IMG/VR virus record: IMGVR_UViG_3300012231_000016
Span: 1-46,784 of that record
Length of the DNA: 46,784 nucleotides
DNA from: a virus
Lineage: Duplodnaviria > Caudoviricetes
Direction: 5' to 3' (one strand)
Part shown: in pieces, positions 1-9,437 of the stretch
Numbering within the stretch: position 1 is the stretch's first letter
Layout: each line of letters begins with the position of its first letter
Translations under genes and position numbers: made by a program
The notes under the pieces: generated by a model
Told to the model about the DNA's origin: nothing
Database searches by the model: none
What the model saw: only the letters and a program-made list of their open reading frames with translations

Positions 1-1
1 C

Positions 2-361
2 CAGCACCTGCTGGATGCTGACGGGGTCGAGACCACAGCGTTCGTGTCGGTCATCGGCACGCATCCGCTGGTCACGGCTGCGATCTCTCCTGCGCTCGAT
101 CCGACGGCTCCAGCTGCGCCGGCTGCTGCGGATGCAGTGGCCAAGCCACAGACACTCTCGACCCCCGTCTACGACGCCATCAGCGACACGTACTCGACCG
201 TCGAGACGACGAAGGCGGCGGGTGAGACGGAGACCGACTTCATTCGCCGGCACAACGGTCTCGTGCATGCGCTGGTGGCCAACAACAAGGCCGATGCGAA
301 GCGCGAAGGGATCGACTACGACAAGGCGAAGAAGGAACACGACGGCGCATCTTCCGGCTGA
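2..361 (+). CDS. hypothetical phage protein, 5'-truncated by window edge
   Basis: The frame of ORF 44..361 stays open back to position 2 (QHLLDADGVETTAFVSVIG...); codon usage is GC3-rich like its neighbours. Confidence 0.6.
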   Translation, partial: QHLLDADGVETTAFVSVIGTHPLVTAAISPALDPTAPAAPAAADAVAKPQTLSTPVYDAISDTYSTVETTKAAGETETDFIRRHNGLVHALVANNKADAKREGIDYDKAKKEHDGASSG

Positions 362-435
362 GCTGAAGCGGGGCCCCATCTCGGGTGCTGTACGGGATGG
401 GGCCTCTGTGTACCTACGACGATTCAGGAGGCTCT

Positions 436-714
436 ATGTCGGTGCGAAAGCTCGCGAGCCTTCTGTTCGAGGGCTTCGGACAATCCAGCTCCGCTACCTT
501 CGAGACGTGGGGCGTCCTGGCCGGCGCGTATCGCGGCAGGGACGTGTCCAAGCGCGCCCTGCTCACGCACTCCGTCGAGCTCGTCGGGGGTCGTGAGGTT
601 CGCGTTCTCTGTGGGCGCGTGCCTCTCGATAGCGTGACGTGGGACGCTCACGAGGATGTTCCGCCGACCTGTCCGATCTGCATCAAGCGCGATCCTCGTT
701 TCCGAGGCGCGTAA
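436..714 (+). CDS. hypothetical protein with Zn-finger-like C-terminus and N-terminal SVRKLASLLFEG motif
   Basis: AGGAGG RBS before ATG436; H...LCG...CPIC motif. Confidence 0.65.
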   Translation: MSVRKLASLLFEGFGQSSSATFETWGVLAGAYRGRDVSKRALLTHSVELVGGREVRVLCGRVPLDSVTWDAHEDVPPTCPICIKRDPRFRGA

Positions 715-735
715 TCACTGGGGGAGGAGAGAGTT

Positions 736-1116
736 ATGCCAAGGCACGAAGTTCCTGAGTACAAGGTCATCCCGCTGCCGAGAGCTCCCGCGGATCTTGT
801 CAGGCTCCTGAATGAGTTCACTGCTGGCGACTGGATCTTCGATTCGGTGCTACCGAACTCGGAGCATGTTGGCTCGGGGCGCGATGTTCAGGTGGCTGGG
901 ATCTTCTACCGGCTGCGTCAGGTAGATCGTCCTGGTCCACAGCCCGGCGACAAGATCGAGCCGGAGGTCCACTCCGAGCCCCAGCTCACTGAGGTCGCCA
1001 AGCTCGTCAAGAAGTGGTGGCAGGATCCGGTCGAGATGCGCAGGCAGTTGGCGCTCAAGCTCGGCATCCTCTCTCCCGAGCCTGTGGGTACCGGCTTCTC
1101 CGGAAAGGTTGATTGA
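736..1116 (+). CDS. hypothetical protein
   Basis: GGAGGA RBS and ATG; 126 aa. Confidence 0.6.
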   Translation: MPRHEVPEYKVIPLPRAPADLVRLLNEFTAGDWIFDSVLPNSEHVGSGRDVQVAGIFYRLRQVDRPGPQPGDKIEPEVHSEPQLTEVAKLVKKWWQDPVEMRRQLALKLGILSPEPVGTGFSGKVD

Positions 1117-1119
1117 GCC

Positions 1120-1296
1120 ATGGACGAGTGCTGCAGGAAGTGTGGGTCTGGCTGTCCTCAGGTTCATTACACCAACGATGGCCTGGAGGAGCGGCTTGTG
1201 TTCACCTGCAGGTGTGGGTATACCTGGGACACGCCGCCCAAGGATGCGAAGCCTGAGGCGCAGCAGCAGCCTCCGCAGAAGCCGCTGCACGGATGA
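1120..1296 (+). CDS. small Zn-ribbon protein (58 aa, below ORF-track cutoff)
   Basis: MDECCRKCGSG...FTCRCGYTWDTPP; fills the gap between neighbours and its stop overlaps the next start (ATGA). Confidence 0.6.
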   Translation: MDECCRKCGSGCPQVHYTNDGLEERLVFTCRCGYTWDTPPKDAKPEAQQQPPQKPLHG

Positions 1297-2126
1297 TGGC
1301 CAGGGGAATGGAGGAGCGGATGCTCGATCTGGATAGCGTCAAGGAGTGGTCCGACGAGGTGGCTGCGTATCAGCTACTCAAGTCGATGCGGTGGGGCAAA
1401 GACATGCCAGTCTGCCAACCGTGTAAGACCGCTCGGAATATCGTCAAGAACGTGGCGACCGACGATCCTCGGATGCCTCCAGCCGAGCGCTTCGCCTTCC
1501 GCTGCCGCACCTGCAAGACAAGGTTCACCGTTCGAACCGGTACGGTGTTCCGCAGCGTCGGTCGCGCCGCCTATCCCCTGTCGCTCTACTTCGCTGCACT
1601 CGCGTCCATGTCGGACTTGCAGAACTCGTCCTTCCTTCGTGAGTACATGGCATCGGCGCACGACACCTCGCTTCATCGCGTCGACCTCGTGATCGAGAAG
1701 ATCCTCGAATACCTCACGAATGACGGCGATGAGCAGGCCAAGGAAGATTGGGCGCTCTGTAAGAAGCTGATGGACCGTTGGGGCCTGACGATGCCGGACC
1801 CTGCTGCGCTCGGGCAGATGTACGCGGCGACGCATCATGCACCCAAGACGACGCGAGACCTGCTGCCTCCCGCTGGGCCTCCGCCGGTGATGCCGCCGCC
1901 TACTGTGGTGAAGATGCCACGCACGATCATGCAGGCAGGGACGCCAGATGCGCGCTTCGAGTGGAAGATCTTTGAGCATGGTGATGCTGGGGGCTACGTA
2001 GTCGCGCAGTCTGCTGAACGCCTGTGGCGGTACTTGATGGAGATAGCCTCGAACGAGAAGCGGCCGCTCAAGGACCACACGATCCTGATCGGCATGCCGG
2101 AGCCACAGATCTCGAAGCTCCGCTGA
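1293..2126 (+). CDS. protein with IS1595-family transposase-type Zn-ribbon N-terminus, no DDE domain evident
   Basis: EVAAYQLLKSMRWG..PVCQPC...FRCRTCKTRFTVRTGTVF matches the IS1595 N-terminal Zn-ribbon pattern; the remainder is Pro-rich and unrelated. Confidence 0.6.
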   Translation: MMARGMEERMLDLDSVKEWSDEVAAYQLLKSMRWGKDMPVCQPCKTARNIVKNVATDDPRMPPAERFAFRCRTCKTRFTVRTGTVFRSVGRAAYPLSLYFAALASMSDLQNSSFLREYMASAHDTSLHRVDLVIEKILEYLTNDGDEQAKEDWALCKKLMDRWGLTMPDPAALGQMYAATHHAPKTTRDLLPPAGPPPVMPPPTVVKMPRTIMQAGTPDARFEWKIFEHGDAGGYVVAQSAERLWRYLMEIASNEKRPLKDHTILIGMPEPQISKLR

Positions 2127-2156
2127 TCTACTGACCGTACTTCTCTAACTCTCCTC

Positions 2157-2195
2157 GCGACCCTGGTGATCACTCACCAGGGTCGCTTCGTTTCC
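2157..2195 (+). terminator. intrinsic terminator-like hairpin
   Basis: 13-bp perfect inverted repeat GCGACCCTGGTGA/TCACCAGGGTCGC followed by TTCGTTT. Confidence 0.55.
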
Positions 2196-2234
2196 ACTTC
2201 GATTCAATCCACCCATGGCCATGGGAGAACTGTC

Positions 2235-2699
2235 TTGGCTGCTTACCTGAACGCGAATGCGAAGCTCGCCCTCGATCTCCTCACTGCCAAGTGTGACACT
2301 GGCAGCGGGACTCCGTCGGGCGTCGCGCACCTCAAGATCTATAGCGGCAACGTGCCGACCACGTGTGGTACCGCACTTGGCGGGGGCAATACGGTTCTCG
2401 CGGACCTTCCGATGAGCAACCCGGCCTTCGGCGCAGCTGCGACGATCAACTCGGGACTGTTCAATGAGTCCGCGCAGTCGACGGCGGCTGCGATCACGAC
2501 GGACAACTCGGCTGACGCTACGGGCACGGCCACGTTCGCTCGCATCTTCGACCGCTCGCAGACGACCCCCGTGGCCGTCTTCCAGCTGACGATCAGTGCG
2601 ACGGGTGGTGTTGGCGAGCTGCAGCTCAACTCGGTCAACCTCGTCGCGGGTACTCCCGTCGCGGTGACCGCGCTCACGCTGACGCTGCCGAATACGTGA
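2235..2699 (+). CDS. putative virion structural protein (tail/fibre-associated)
   Basis: GGAGA RBS and TTG2235; Ala/Thr/Gly-rich, with LKIYSG..P...LA and ADATGTATFARI motifs typical of small phage virion proteins. Confidence 0.6.
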   Translation: MAAYLNANAKLALDLLTAKCDTGSGTPSGVAHLKIYSGNVPTTCGTALGGGNTVLADLPMSNPAFGAAATINSGLFNESAQSTAAAITTDNSADATGTATFARIFDRSQTTPVAVFQLTISATGGVGELQLNSVNLVAGTPVAVTALTLTLPNT

Positions 2700-2743
2700 T
2701 CGTGGGTCGGGGCGTCTCGGCATAACCCTAGGAGCTGGCCGGC

Positions 2744-5700
2744 ATGGCGCTCACCGCAGTCATCACCGCTCCGGTTATCGGTGTACCGGGGGTGCCCGAT
2801 CCGTACATCTTCACCGGCTACAGCTATGTCCGGTTCCATGGGTACAACACGCAGCTCGCCGGACAGACGAAGAAGATCGTTGACTACACGTGGTCGTGGG
2901 GCGACGGGTCATCATTCACGTATGGACCCGTCGCCTCGCACCGCTATCTCACGTCAGGCACCTACACCGTCACGCTGATCGTCACGGACACGGATGGAAC
3001 GATCTCGCAGACCACGACGACCGTGGTCGTGCAGGATTGGAATGCGGCATGGGGGACGATCTACGTCTCTGCGGCCGGCAACGATACGACGGGTAACGGA
3101 ACGATCGGCAATCCCTACCGCAGTCCGCTGAAGGCCTTCCAGGTCGCGTGGGATTCGAAGGTCAAGGGACAGCCGAAGAAGATCCTCCTCAATCGCGGAG
3201 ATACGTACTCCTACACCGGCAATGGTGGGGACGCGTCGCGCGGCACGTTCACTCGCTCGTCGATCTGCGACACGTACGGGTCAGGTGCGAAGCCAGTCAT
3301 CAACGTGAGTGAAGGTATCGACATCGTCCACGGCAACGACAGCAACTCGCATGATTGGGGTTGGACGACGGCCGTCGTTGATTGGAAGTTTGTCTGGCCG
3401 ACTCCCAGCCAGAGCGTGTTGTCGATGACGACGGCCGGATCCTCTTGGATCCGTGCCGAGCACGTGAACGGCACGTTCGAAGCAACGGACGGCAACTTCC
3501 CTCCGATCAAGATCACGTTCGATGGGTGCGATGCGACCGGGCACCTCGGCATTCCAGGTGGCGGTGGCATCGGCTTTTCGAACGCAGGCTCGGCGCGCTC
3601 GACCTTCTTCGGTGTACTCAACTGCAACTGCCACGGCAACTCGGCGAACCGCGCGACGAACGCCTACTTCCACGGCGACATCTTCGAGGTGCGTGGGAAC
3701 ACGTTCGACACCGAGAACAACGGAGTCACCGACGCACTGCTGATGAGTGGCTGCCAGAAGTACCTCGTGATGAACAACGTGTTCTCCGGAGGCACGAATT
3801 CGTGCCTGTCGGCGGGCAGCAACGGCTCGACCGACGGCAGCGCGGAGGCCCAGGACTGCTGGATCGAAGGGAACTTCGCCACCGCGCTCGGGACTGGCAT
3901 CGACCTCCACTACACGAACCGAGGCGTCGTCAAGAATAACGTCATCAACGGATGCTCAGTTGGCATCTTCCTGACGCGCAGCCACGACCCGTACACTACT
4001 GAGTATACGCAGAACATCGATGTCATCGGAAACACGATCATCGGTGCGACCAACCAGTCGATCTGGACGAATGGCGTTCGTACGATCCGCTTCCGCAACA
4101 ACGGCATCACCAAGACGAACAGCGTTCCGGGTGGCGGCGGGGATAGCCACTTCGTGCAGCTCGGTCAGGGATCCCAGAACACGCAGGACGACTACCTCTA
4201 CGTCACGTGCGATGGGAATGGCTACTACGACCCGCTCGTCACCAGCTCGACGGACTACGCCTTCGTCTTCAACAACGGGAACAAGACCTTCGTGCAGTGG
4301 CAGGCGCAGGGCTACGATACGACGACGACCGCAGCGTTCGGCCAGAATCCGCTCTTCAAGAACGCGGGTGCTGGTGACTACTCACTTCAGTCGGGCAGTC
4401 CATGGATCAACGCCGGAGTCGCTACGCCCGAGCTCTACCGCGACTACACCACCGTGGCTCGCTCGTCGATCGACTCGACCGTCGACATCGGCGCCTTCGA
4501 GTTCACGACGGGTCAGTACACGGGCACCGGCAACGGTCAGCTGGGTCGGGTCGTCGGCGATGGCGATGCTCAGATCGGGCAGGGTGGCTCGGGTGGTGGC
4601 GTCTTCAAGAAGATGACCTCGACCGGCACCGGCACGATCGGCTACGTCGGACAGACGAGCTGCAGCGGCGGCGCAGCCCTAGCGGCTCTCGTCGGCGCTG
4701 GTACGGGCGGCACCGACTACACGGGCTCCGGCTCGGGCCTGCTCGACGGCCTCACCGCCGCGGGCGTGGGGGCCCTTCAGACGGCCGGCAGCGGCAACGG
4801 CGTCCTGGCGCGCATGACGGCCCAGGGGACCGGCGCGGTCGGCTCCGAGGGGTCTGGGGCAGGTGTCCTGCCGGCCCTCGTGGGCGTAGGCGTGGGCCAG
4901 ACCTCCACGATGGGCACGGGGGCCGGTGTCCTCCGGCAGCTCGTTGCAGCGGGCCAGGGCGGCTCGAACAACGGGTCTGGAGATGGCGCCCTGGCTCGCA
5001 TGCAGGGCGGCGGCGTCGGGGTCACCGGGATCACCGGCGCAGGCGTAGGTGTCTTCCAGAAGATGACCGGGTCTGGGGTCGGCGGCCTTTTTACCGGCAC
5101 CGGCGCAGGCGTCCTTAGGTCCCTCCTTGCATCTGGCGTCGGAGACAGCAACATCTCCGGCTCGGGAGGGGGGACCTTGCGCGGCATGCAGGCGTCGGGC
5201 GTCGGCGGGTACATCGAGGGCGTCGGTGACGGCCCTCTACGCGGCATGATCGGATCCGGTCTCGCGTTCTTCGGCACCGTCGCTGAAGGCACCGCGCTGC
5301 TTCAAGGCGTCGCCGCGTCTGGCGTCGGCTCTGTGTACATCGTCACGGGTACGGGCACCGGAGTTCTCGGGTCGCTCGTGGGCGATGGTGAAGGCGGCGG
5401 CAACTATGGTACGGGTGATGGCGTTCTCGGGGGCCTCGTGGCTCTCGGCGAAGTGTCCATCGCTCTCGTCGTCGATCTGAGCTCCGACATGTTCGTTAGC
5501 TCGGGCCAGCAGGGTGGCACAGGTACGGTACTCATCGGAGCAACTGACAGCCCGTCGTCCGGGACGCTCTCGTTCCGAATCGGCGACGTGTACCTCGATG
5601 TTCAGAACCATCGGCCGCTGCGGGTCATCGCGATCGGCGGCACGATCACCTTCCAGGTGATCTCGAACCCGAAGGTTCCTGGAGTGATCATCTCGATGTC

Positions 5701-5755
5701 TCTGCAGCGTGCGCGCACGCTCGTGCTGCAACGCAAGCTGCGTCGGATCTCATGA
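2744..5755 (+). CDS. large virion/adhesin-like protein: PKD domain, right-handed beta-helix and Gly-rich repeats
   Basis: YTWSWGDGS...HRYLTSGTYTVTLIVTD (PKD); IYVSAAGNDTTGNGTIGNPY followed by Asn/Gly beta-helix repeats; DIGAFE; C-terminal GxGxGxLxxLxGxG repeats. Confidence 0.75.
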   Translation: MALTAVITAPVIGVPGVPDPYIFTGYSYVRFHGYNTQLAGQTKKIVDYTWSWGDGSSFTYGPVASHRYLTSGTYTVTLIVTDTDGTISQTTTTVVVQDWNAAWGTIYVSAAGNDTTGNGTIGNPYRSPLKAFQVAWDSKVKGQPKKILLNRGDTYSYTGNGGDASRGTFTRSSICDTYGSGAKPVINVSEGIDIVHGNDSNSHDWGWTTAVVDWKFVWPTPSQSVLSMTTAGSSWIRAEHVNGTFEATDGNFPPIKITFDGCDATGHLGIPGGGGIGFSNAGSARSTFFGVLNCNCHGNSANRATNAYFHGDIFEVRGNTFDTENNGVTDALLMSGCQKYLVMNNVFSGGTNSCLSAGSNGSTDGSAEAQDCWIEGNFATALGTGIDLHYTNRGVVKNNVINGCSVGIFLTRSHDPYTTEYTQNIDVIGNTIIGATNQSIWTNGVRTIRFRNNGITKTNSVPGGGGDSHFVQLGQGSQNTQDDYLYVTCDGNGYYDPLVTSSTDYAFVFNNGNKTFVQWQAQGYDTTTTAAFGQNPLFKNAGAGDYSLQSGSPWINAGVATPELYRDYTTVARSSIDSTVDIGAFEFTTGQYTGTGNGQLGRVVGDGDAQIGQGGSGGGVFKKMTSTGTGTIGYVGQTSCSGGAALAALVGAGTGGTDYTGSGSGLLDGLTAAGVGALQTAGSGNGVLARMTAQGTGAVGSEGSGAGVLPALVGVGVGQTSTMGTGAGVLRQLVAAGQGGSNNGSGDGALARMQGGGVGVTGITGAGVGVFQKMTGSGVGGLFTGTGAGVLRSLLASGVGDSNISGSGGGTLRGMQASGVGGYIEGVGDGPLRGMIGSGLAFFGTVAEGTALLQGVAASGVGSVYIVTGTGTGVLGSLVGDGEGGGNYGTGDGVLGGLVALGEVSIALVVDLSSDMFVSSGQQGGTGTVLIGATDSPSSGTLSFRIGDVYLDVQNHRPLRVIAIGGTITFQVISNPKVPGVIISMSLQRARTLVLQRKLRRIS

Positions 5756-5771
5756 GGGAGGGAAGAGTACC

Positions 5772-6029
5772 GTGCCGAACGATTACGACGTTTGGTTCGT
5801 TGACCGCATGCGAGATCGCGTGGACGAGTACAAGAAGAGCGGAGAGTTCCGCCCGGTGACTCCCAGCGAGCTCGTGCGGTTGGTGAAGGCTCTCAACGTG
5901 GTCGAGGGTGATTTGATCGAGGCCCGAGCTGCGCTCGTGAAGCGCGAGAACTACGCGCAGATGGTGAGCGGCCCGGCCCCCAAGGCGACACCGGCGTACG
6001 ACCCGGTGTATGACGTGGAGTTCGACTGA
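5772..6029 (+). CDS. hypothetical protein
   Basis: GGAGG RBS and GTG; stop overlaps the next start. Confidence 0.5.
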   Translation: MPNDYDVWFVDRMRDRVDEYKKSGEFRPVTPSELVRLVKALNVVEGDLIEARAALVKRENYAQMVSGPAPKATPAYDPVYDVEFD

Positions 6030-6241
6030 TGGCGCTCGTCTATGGGATCGCCGCGCTGGTCAGCATCGCGACGGTGTTCTTCTCGTTCCTCAACTTCTCT
6101 GACCTACTCGACGACGCCATCCAGCTGGCGTCCGTGCATCGCACCGTAGGGTGGGCGAAGGTAAGCCGACTCGGCCTCCACCTCTCCCTGCTCGTCCTCG
6201 GAACCGCAACTCTCTTTTGGTCCGTTCACAGCCTCACCTAG
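6029..6241 (+). CDS. small two-TM membrane protein
   Basis: Two hydrophobic stretches in 70 aa. Confidence 0.55.
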   Translation: MALVYGIAALVSIATVFFSFLNFSDLLDDAIQLASVHRTVGWAKVSRLGLHLSLLVLGTATLFWSVHSLT

Positions 6242-6250
6242 GAGCTACCC

Positions 6251-6481
6251 ATGTTGGGTACCTGCGAGGAGTGTGATACCGACGACGTGGAAGTCCGTTT
6301 CGTCCATCATCGCAAGCTGTGCGAGGAGTGCGTCGTAACGCTCGGATTCGGACTCGATGACTTGTCCGAAGACGAGGACGACGATTGGGATGACGACGAA
6401 GACGAAGATGAATTGGAGCTCGAAGAGTATGGCTGCGACCTCGACGAATCCGACGACTGCGAAGGGTGCGACGACGAGTGA
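6251..6481 (+). CDS. small, extremely acidic Cys-containing protein
   Basis: AGGAG RBS; CxxC pairs and a D/E-rich C-terminal half. Confidence 0.55.
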   Translation: MLGTCEECDTDDVEVRFVHHRKLCEECVVTLGFGLDDLSEDEDDDWDDDEDEDELELEEYGCDLDESDDCEGCDDE

Positions 6482-6698
6482 GGAAACGAAGCCCACTCTT
6501 CCACCCGTGACCGCTACGGTTCCGGCAGCACCTCCAGCCGCTCCGATCAACGAGAGCGTGAAGGCGGCCATCCTCGCGGTCGGTGCCAAGTCGGATGATC
6601 ATACGGACCAGCTCATTTCGCTTGCGGCTCAGCTCCGCGAGCTCGGAGAGCGGGTCGGCCGAATCGAAGAGAAGCTCGCCTCACTGCACCTGCGCTGA
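6429..6698 (+). CDS. hypothetical protein with coiled-coil C-terminus (start uncertain)
   Basis: Part of ORF 6357..6698; heptad-like LAAQLRELGERVGRIEEKL. Confidence 0.4.
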   Translation: MAATSTNPTTAKGATTSEETKPTLPPVTATVPAAPPAAPINESVKAAILAVGAKSDDHTDQLISLAAQLRELGERVGRIEEKLASLHLR

Positions 6699-6796
6699 CT
6701 ATCTCCTGCCAATGTCTGCGCCTACATGCACTGCAGATGTCCTCTGTGGTTCCCAGGTAGGACTCCGAGTCGCCCCTTATCAACGGAGTCTGATTC

Positions 6797-7207
6797 ATGG
6801 ACGGATCTGCACAGAGTGCCATCGTTCCGAGCCTCCCTGCTCTTCCAGAGCTGGAGAGCCCGACGCTGCACACGAAGCTGAACAGCTTCCTTCAGACGCT
6901 GCTCAACAACGATGCGACGGTCAATGCGTTCGTGGCGAATGGCCTCGGCGCAGTGACGAGCAAGTTCCGTGGCGGCGTGGTCACGGCATCCGCGTTCCCC
7001 GTCACGGCCTCCCTCGCCGGCATCTCGACGATCAGCGGCGTCGTCGGCGCGGTCTCGGGCTCGAACACGGCTGCGGGCGCGGCGATCGGCATCGTCCCGG
7101 TGTTCTCGATCGGGACCACGAACGTGTTCTCGATCTTCGCCCTGGCGACGAACGGCTCGTCCGCGACGAACAGCCCGGTCGTCTACTACAACGCCTTCGG
7201 GGCGTGA
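6797..7207 (+). CDS. putative virion structural protein
   Basis: GGAG RBS; Ala/Gly/Ser/Thr/Val-rich; strongly biased codons. Confidence 0.6.
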   Translation: MDGSAQSAIVPSLPALPELESPTLHTKLNSFLQTLLNNDATVNAFVANGLGAVTSKFRGGVVTASAFPVTASLAGISTISGVVGAVSGSNTAAGAAIGIVPVFSIGTTNVFSIFALATNGSSATNSPVVYYNAFGA

Positions 7208-7275
7208 TGTACTCAGCTTGACAGGCGCCCCTCAGGGTGGGATACTCGCTACCATTCCACCCTGGGAGGAGGCCG

Positions 7276-7584
7276 ATGCGGCTGCGGAAGGTCGGGCTGA
7301 TCTACGTCTTCCAGTGCACCTACGGCGGGCGGCAGGTAGCGTCCGCGGCCGAGCTGTGGTGGCATGGGTATGCGGCCGAATGCGAACGCTCGTTCTGCTC
7401 TCCCTGCGAGTACGGCGTCGAGCGTTGCTGGTGGACCTTCGACGACGAGAAGGCCTGGAAGCTCATCCAGTACGCGGCTCCGAAGGCGAAGGCTCGCTTG
7501 GAGCAGATGCACCGGTTGAAGCTGAATGCTGCAGCGTGCGAACGAGAGATCAGTTCGTGGGGGGACGGGACACCACTGCCATGA
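7276..7584 (+). CDS. hypothetical protein
   Basis: GGAGGAGG RBS before ATG7276. Confidence 0.55.
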   Translation: MRLRKVGLIYVFQCTYGGRQVASAAELWWHGYAAECERSFCSPCEYGVERCWWTFDDEKAWKLIQYAAPKAKARLEQMHRLKLNAAACEREISSWGDGTPLP

Positions 7585-7844
7585 GTCCAGTCTTCGACGT
7601 TGATCGTGGCGGAGTATGGCGCAAGCCAGCCGATGTCTCTTCCGTCTCTAGGCAGCACGCCAAGATTGGAATCGACTTCGTCGAGTTCCTCGCAGAGCAT
7701 GAAGCATCCGGCGGCAGCATCCGCTGGAATGCATCCAGTTACTGCCTGCGGCTGAGGTACACCGACGAGCAGCGCAAGTTCTTCGTGAACCTGCTCGACA
7801 CGTACATCCACAAGGTCCTGCGCAAACTACAGAAATTGGAGTGA
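7581..7844 (+). CDS. hypothetical protein
   Basis: 3' part of ORF 6969..7844; ATGA and GTGA overlaps with both neighbours. Confidence 0.5.
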   Translation: MSPVFDVDRGGVWRKPADVSSVSRQHAKIGIDFVEFLAEHEASGGSIRWNASSYCLRLRYTDEQRKFFVNLLDTYIHKVLRKLQKLE

Positions 7845-8092
7845 CCCGAATGCCACGCGAGGATAGCGCACTCCTACAGATCGACCGCGCCGCTGACGAC
7901 GTGTACACCGGCATCCTCAAGCTGCAGGACTCCGCCGCCGACCAAGAGACCCACGAGCTCCTGCAGGAAGCCGCGAAGCAGATGTACGCCGTCATGGTGA
8001 CGCTCGGGAAGGCGCGCAAGTACGCGCAGGCCAAGGGCGGAGCTGAGAACGTCCGTGGGCTGGCCGCTGAGCTCCACCAGAAGGAGCCGTGA
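7841..8092 (+). CDS. hypothetical helical protein
   Basis: Translationally coupled to both neighbours. Confidence 0.5.
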   Translation: MTRMPREDSALLQIDRAADDVYTGILKLQDSAADQETHELLQEAAKQMYAVMVTLGKARKYAQAKGGAENVRGLAAELHQKEP

Positions 8093-9039
8093 CGATGGAC
8101 CCGCGCAAGCCGGTCCCCGCTCGCGAGCTGGCTGCGCAGGTCTTCCTCGGTGAGCGCCCGATCGATGTCGAGTTGCAACGAGCAGCTCACACGTTCTACG
8201 TGGACCTGCGCGACTGGCTGACCTACCTCGTCAACGACGCCACGCCGAAGGAGGTCGAGGACTACACCCGGGTGTCCAACTCTAACGGTGGTCTCATCCT
8301 GTACCCATCTCAGTTCGCTCCATGGAGCGGGCTGGAGCTAGTGGTGTTCAAGTCTCCGGAGAACATGATCAATCCCGCGCTGTCTGCGCAAGGCGGACAG
8401 CGGATCGCTGCGGGCGGCACGTACGATCCGCAGTCTGATGTGCTGACGGTGGGTATCAACGGGCTGAACGTCGAGGATCATGTCAAGAAGATCCTCAAGA
8501 TGGTCCTCACGCGACTGTCTACGGCAGAGCGGACCATTACTCACGAGTTCGTGCATCACTTCGACAATCAGCGTTCTGGCGGGAAGGCGTTCATCCATGG
8601 ATCCAAGGGTAGTCAGCCTGGGTGGCGCGGGCGCAAGCAGTCGAAGGAGCCGTTCCTGAGTCCGGAGTGGTCCCGTCGGTTCTCCTTCGACAACCCCGCA
8701 GAGATGAACGCGTACGTGTCGCACAGCGTGCAGCCGATGTTCGATTGGCTTCGTCTTGCACGTGAACGAATCCGTGATGGCTCCGCTTTGGATGATTCGG
8801 GGTTTGCCTTGATGCTGTCGTCCTACGGCCGCTTCGAGGACTTCTTCAACTGGGCCATGATCGGATACGCCACGGATTGGCAGAACAAGCTGTCGCCAGA
8901 AACGCAGAAGAGGCTTCGCAGCCGGATGTACTCAGTGTGGTCCACTTGGAGGGGTCGCCTGGAGCAGATCCGCGCAGAGAACTGGCGCAACTCTGCCGCA
9001 CGTCAATTCGCATCTAGGAATCCACAGGTCGGCTCTTGA
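8089..9039 (+). CDS. zincin-like metallopeptidase-domain protein (putative head-internal protein)
   Basis: TITHEFVHHFD (HExxH) with downstream PAEMNAY glutamate. Confidence 0.6.
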   Translation: MTMDPRKPVPARELAAQVFLGERPIDVELQRAAHTFYVDLRDWLTYLVNDATPKEVEDYTRVSNSNGGLILYPSQFAPWSGLELVVFKSPENMINPALSAQGGQRIAAGGTYDPQSDVLTVGINGLNVEDHVKKILKMVLTRLSTAERTITHEFVHHFDNQRSGGKAFIHGSKGSQPGWRGRKQSKEPFLSPEWSRRFSFDNPAEMNAYVSHSVQPMFDWLRLARERIRDGSALDDSGFALMLSSYGRFEDFFNWAMIGYATDWQNKLSPETQKRLRSRMYSVWSTWRGRLEQIRAENWRNSAARQFASRNPQVGS

Positions 9040-9071
9040 CCTGTCTACCTACCACTCAGAAGGAGAGAGTC

Positions 9072-9434
9072 GTGCTGAAGACGAAGAAGGCGGAGCGGTC
9101 GTCCAATCCCAATGAGATGATCAAGCTGCGCACGAAGTGCCGCTTGATGGATGACAACCTCCTGGTGCAACCCTACGAGCCGCCGCAGATGCTGTCGGCC
9201 GGCGGGATCCTCCTCATCCAGGAGCGCCAGGAGACCTCGATGAAGCAGAAGCCGAACGGGTACGTCCTCGCGACGGGCCCCGGCAAGCTGCTGATGGACG
9301 GCACGCGCGTCCCTGTCGACGCGAGGGTCGGAGACAGGATCGTCTTCTCCTCTGGCGCCGGCCAGGAGATCCGCTTCGACGGGCACTACCTGAAGATCGT
9401 CCGCGGCATCGACGTTCTGATGGTCTTGGAGTGA
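9072..9434 (+). CDS. groES: phage co-chaperonin GroES (Cpn10)
   Basis: DNLLV...SAGGILLI...KPNGYVLATGPGK...GTRVPVDARVGDRIVF...GQEIRFDG.YLKIVRGIDVLMVLE is the Cpn10 signature. Confidence 0.9.
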   Translation: MLKTKKAERSSNPNEMIKLRTKCRLMDDNLLVQPYEPPQMLSAGGILLIQERQETSMKQKPNGYVLATGPGKLLMDGTRVPVDARVGDRIVFSSGAGQEIRFDGHYLKIVRGIDVLMVLE

Positions 9435-9437
9435 TCA

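Noticed and set aside
1293-2126. Active IS element
   Set aside because: No catalytic DDE region or terminal repeats visible
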